A DNA stretch of 64,000 bases from Microcoleus sp. (GTDB taxonomy: Bacteria; Cyanobacteriota; Cyanobacteriia; Cyanobacteriales; Microcoleaceae): the NCBI GenBank assembly GCA_042408215.1, contig JAYFMW010000006.1:256001-320000 (forward strand), given 5' to 3'. The notes beneath the pieces were generated by a model. That model saw nothing but the letters and a program-made list of their open reading frames with translations, searched no databases and was not told where the DNA came from. The stretch's first letter is position 1; each line of letters starts with the position of its first letter. The position numbers and the translations under genes were made by a program. Below are positions 60,922 through 64,000 of this stretch, in pieces.

Positions 60922-61045
60922 AGATGATAAGATAGGATCGAATGTCGGAGAATAGTCGCTTTTTCAGGGCTGGTTTATCGATATTCGGGATGTGAATTAT
61001 AGATGTTGGTGAACTCGGCCCTACAGATATTGTGGTTGATTGCTG

Positions 61046-62158
61046 TCAGGTCGAAGGCGCAACTGGCGGCAAGTCAGAATTATTTTTAGCCTGAGTTATT
61101 GCTGACCGATGTTCGCCCCGAATCTTCGGTTTTAAGTACAAGTTTTCAATCAAAGCAGCAACTCCCGCAAACCAAGGTGGCACAATCACAGCCCCGATAA
61201 TTCCCAATACTTGAACTCCTCCTAAAACAGATAGTAATTGATACAAAGGATGGACTCCTACGGAGGAGCCAACTAACAAAGGATCGAGCACGTAAGTTTC
61301 CAAATTTTGGATAAATACAAATAATAGCAATACCCATAAAAGTACCCAGCCACCTTTAGCTAATGCTACGATTAATGCTGGTACTGCTCCCAATACGGGC
61401 CCGATGAAGGGAATTAGGTTGGTCACGCCTGCGATCGCACCTAAGCCCAAAGCAAATTCCGGCATTCCTAAAAAGCTCAAGCCAGTGGTAATAAATATGC
61501 CTAAAATCCCCGAAACTAACACTCGCCCGCGAATGTAACTCCCCATTCTTTGACCAATCGGTGTAGCTTGGGCGGCTAATCTTTCGTCCCAAGGTTTGGG
61601 GAAAAACTGCACTAAACTTTTAATTAAAGTTTCGCTGTCTGCTACCATGTAACCGGAGATAAATAAAGCTAAAACTAAACTGAAGAAACCTCCTAAAATT
61701 CCCCTAGTTAGACTATACGATCGCAAAACCAGTTGTTGGCTCGATCGAATTACCCAATTAGTCAAAGATTGAGTATTCACAAATTCGCTCAGCAACTCCG
61801 GCGGGTTGTCTGTCAACCGGCCGATCAAACCTGTCGCCACATTTCGCAAACTTTCGACATAAACTGGCATCTGCCGCAGCAATAACTCTATTTGTTCGAT
61901 TACCGTCGGGCCAATTAATAGTACAGTGCCACTAAATCCCCCGATGAGAGTTAAATAAACCACTATCACGGCCAGCCAGCGGGGAACTCGCCTCGTCTCG
62001 GCCCAATTCACTATTGGTACGATGGAAGCAGCTAGCACAACTGATATCATCAGAATTACTAGCAGGCTCCGCAATTGCCACAGCAGGACGAGCAGCAAGG
62101 AAGATGCTACAATTAGCAGCAAGTTAGGTAAAGAAATAGTAATCCGTTGTTCTGACAT
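61046..62158 (-). CDS. AI-2E family transporter
   Basis: Multi-TM; IPFIGP, IQNLE..VL.P, VGVHP. Confidence 0.9.
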   Translation of the reverse strand: MSEQRITISLPNLLLIVASSLLLVLLWQLRSLLVILMISVVLAASIVPIVNWAETRRVPRWLAVIVVYLTLIGGFSGTVLLIGPTVIEQIELLLRQMPVYVESLRNVATGLIGRLTDNPPELLSEFVNTQSLTNWVIRSSQQLVLRSYSLTRGILGGFFSLVLALFISGYMVADSETLIKSLVQFFPKPWDERLAAQATPIGQRMGSYIRGRVLVSGILGIFITTGLSFLGMPEFALGLGAIAGVTNLIPFIGPVLGAVPALIVALAKGGWVLLWVLLLFVFIQNLETYVLDPLLVGSSVGVHPLYQLLSVLGGVQVLGIIGAVIVPPWFAGVAALIENLYLKPKIRGEHRSAITQAKNNSDLPPVAPST

Positions 62159-62233
62159 GATTAAATAATAAATGTAGTCTTAGAGGGCGAGTTTATCTCT
62201 CTCTTGATTTACCCCAAATATTTAGGGTGAAAC

Positions 62234-62443
62234 CATTGGTCTCAACTTAAGCCTAAAATACTTGATAAATATCGCTTCTACCTAAGTATAGATCCCCCTA
62301 AATCCCCCTTAATAAGGGGGACTTTGAGAAAAATCTTGTTCCCCCCTTATTAAGGGGGAGTAGGGGGCAAGCTAAGGGGGGATCGAGCCCTAATTGTCAA
62401 ATAGCAGACTGGTAATACGTTTGACGTTCAGTTGAAACTAATG
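62234..62443. mobile_element. MITE (CATTGG family), 9-bp duplication GGGT(G/A)AAAC, inside a REP-like ...AAACCCGCCCCTAC element
   Basis: Homolog of the 33320 and 7968 copies; flanks 62225-62233 and 62444-62452. Confidence 0.78.
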
Positions 62444-62519
62444 GGGTAAAACCCGCCCCTACCTATATTATAATAGAACGTAAGATTTACACAAAAACTT
62501 GCACAAGTCAAAAAAATCT

Positions 62520-63473
62520 ATGCAGCCAAAATATTCAACCCAAGATTTCTCTGCCATTTCGTCTATAAAATCACCAACGCTGTTTTACGAATGGAAAAAT
62601 TATCGCTGTGCTTATGATGTTTACAACCCAACTACTGCGACTGAAGATAGCATCCCTTTGTTATTAATCCATCCTATCGGAGTTGGTTTGTCAAGAGTAT
62701 TTTGGCAGAGATTTTGCGAAAGTTGGCACAAAGCAGGTAACAGCAATCCTATTTACAATCCTGACCTTTTGGGTTGTGGCGAATGCGAAATGCCGGCTGT
62801 AGCCTGCTATCCTGATGATTGGGCTGCACAGTTGCAGTTTTTCTTGGAAACTGTAGTGAAAAAACCTGCGATCGTCCTTGTGCAAGGTGCTTTACTATCA
62901 GTAGCCTTGGCTTTAGCAAAAATTGAGCAGGAAAGTCAATCAAACTTAATTCGCGGGCTAGTGTTAGCCGGGCCTCCCGCTTGGGCGGTGATCGACAAAC
63001 ATTCGACTGAAAGACAGCAAAGAATTGTCTGGAATCTGTTAGATTCTCCCTTGGGTAATGCTTTTTACCGCTACGCCAGACGTGCTGAATTTTTGCGTTC
63101 TTTTTCAATCAAACAACTGTTTGGCGATGCGGCGAAAGTTGACGGCGAATGGTTGGATGCTTTGCAAGCTGGGGCGGCAAATCCTGACAGCCGTCATGCG
63201 GTTTTCTCGTTTTTAGCTGGGTTTTGGCGACAGGATTATAGTAGCACGATTCAAAAGTGCGATCGCCCTGCACTCGTTATCATGGGAGAAAAAGCCTCCA
63301 GCATCAGTCAATCTGGTAAAGCAGAAAAACCGGAGGAAAGATTAGCACAATATTTAGCCAATTTTCCAAATGCGGAAGGTTTATTAATGCCGGGGCGCAA
63401 TGTTTTACCCTACGAATCAACCGCAGAATTTGTGAGTGCTGTCGCGGATTTTGTGAATAAGCAAAGTGAATAA
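62520..63473 (+). CDS. Alpha/beta hydrolase fold protein
   Basis: LLLIHPIG, PDLLGCG, LVLAGPP, P.LVIMGE; ATG at 62520. Confidence 0.8.
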   Translation: MQPKYSTQDFSAISSIKSPTLFYEWKNYRCAYDVYNPTTATEDSIPLLLIHPIGVGLSRVFWQRFCESWHKAGNSNPIYNPDLLGCGECEMPAVACYPDDWAAQLQFFLETVVKKPAIVLVQGALLSVALALAKIEQESQSNLIRGLVLAGPPAWAVIDKHSTERQQRIVWNLLDSPLGNAFYRYARRAEFLRSFSIKQLFGDAAKVDGEWLDALQAGAANPDSRHAVFSFLAGFWRQDYSSTIQKCDRPALVIMGEKASSISQSGKAEKPEERLAQYLANFPNAEGLLMPGRNVLPYESTAEFVSAVADFVNKQSE

Positions 63474-63478
63474 GCAAA

Positions 63479-63537
63479 GTTTAGAATTCGGCGGTTGAAA
63501 CCGCGTCTACACAAACAAAGTCTGCCTCCGCAGACTA
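63479..63537 (+). repeat. 59-bp direct repeat, copy 1
   Basis: One mismatch to 63758-63816. Confidence 0.9.
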
Positions 63538-63585
63538 AGAAATTAGGATATAATTAAACAAAAGTATACTCAACTCGGTTTTGTC

Positions 63586-63777
63586 ATGAGCGATCGCAAA
63601 ATCATGACGATTGAACCAGGTAAACGCGGTGGAAAGCCTTGCATCAGGCGAATGCGAATTACCCTGTATGATGTGTTGGGTTGGCTGGCTGTGGGAATGT
63701 CTCATGCAGAGATTCTGGACGATTTTCCAGAGTTGACAGAGGAAGACATTAGAGCGTGTTTAGAATTCGGCGGTTGA
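63586..63777 (+). CDS. DUF433 family antitoxin-like protein, C-terminus truncated by the repeat
   Basis: GGKPCIR..RIT..DVL, EILDDFPELT.EDIRACL; stop supplied by repeat copy 2. Confidence 0.82.
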   Translation: MSDRKIMTIEPGKRGGKPCIRRMRITLYDVLGWLAVGMSHAEILDDFPELTEEDIRACLEFGG

Positions 63778-63816
63778 AACCGCGTCTACACAAACGAAGT
63801 CTGCCTCCGCAGACTA
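63758..63816 (+). repeat. 59-bp direct repeat, copy 2
   Basis: One mismatch to 63479-63537. Confidence 0.9.
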
Positions 63817-63827
63817 TGAATTAGATT

Positions 63828-64000
63828 TCAACTGCGATGCCAGATAGTAGTACCATCCTTTTGATCGATCAGAGTAATGCCCCGATCCTTAAGTTCGTTG
63901 CGAATGCGATCGCCCTCAGCAAAATTCTTCGCTTTCCGGGCATCTTTCCGCTGCTGAATCAAACCCTCAATCTCCCCATCCGTCAAACCACCAACCGAGA
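63828..64000 (-). CDS. cysS: Cysteinyl-tRNA synthetase C-terminus (partial)
   Basis: EIEGLIQQRKDARKAKNFAEGDRIRNELKDRGITLIDQKDGTTIWHRS*, the anticodon-binding tail pattern. Confidence 0.85.
   Translation of the reverse strand, partial: SVGGLTDGEIEGLIQQRKDARKAKNFAEGDRIRNELKDRGITLIDQKDGTTIWHRS

Noticed and set aside
781..63108. Numerous 60-150 aa ORFs antisense to or overlapping long genes
   Set aside because: Shadow frames with no motifs or independent start context.
63479..63816. GTTGAAAC-containing repeats as a CRISPR mini-array
   Set aside because: Two 59-bp copies 220 bp apart with a gene between them; dispersed repeat geometry.

Overview
Chromosomal window from a filamentous cyanobacterium. 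This is inferred from frequent HIP1 GCGATCGC, heptamer tandem repeats (STRR), hetZ-patU, sds and ycf51; the gene style resembles Oscillatoriales/Microcoleus. 1-18.9 kb is a two-component signalling cluster: two multi-PAS hybrid kinases each with a DXCF-type cyanobacteriochrome GAF, a REC-kinase, a REC-GAF-GGDEF protein and an Rcp-like regulator, the last two split by a decayed IS200/IS605 tnpB element. 19-27 kb holds core genes (sds, hetZ, patU, a transglutaminase-like protein). 27-41.5 kb is accessory: a TPR gene bracketed by a duplicated gene 3' end, an ArsR/SulP/thioredoxin-like module, and a HIP1-poor PLD-SNF2 helicase + N6-adenine methyltransferase pair next to tRNA-Leu(TAG), the best candidate for an uncharacterised defence system. 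41.6-49.1 kb has a PG-binding protein, an M32 carboxypeptidase, a TPR gene split by nested tnpB elements (the inner TnpB has a rearranged RuvC site), a TPR gene with a hypervariable 102-bp repeat array and a Uma2 pseudogene. 49.3-64 kb has ycf51, a kinase/regulator/adenylate cyclase operon, a MASE1 kinase, a sugar-binding protein, an RsmB/F methyltransferase, an AI-2E transporter, a hydrolase, DUF433 and the end of cysS. Several MITE families that exchange internal palindromic cargo and nest in one another occur throughout. All calls are by eye from motifs; no database search was run.
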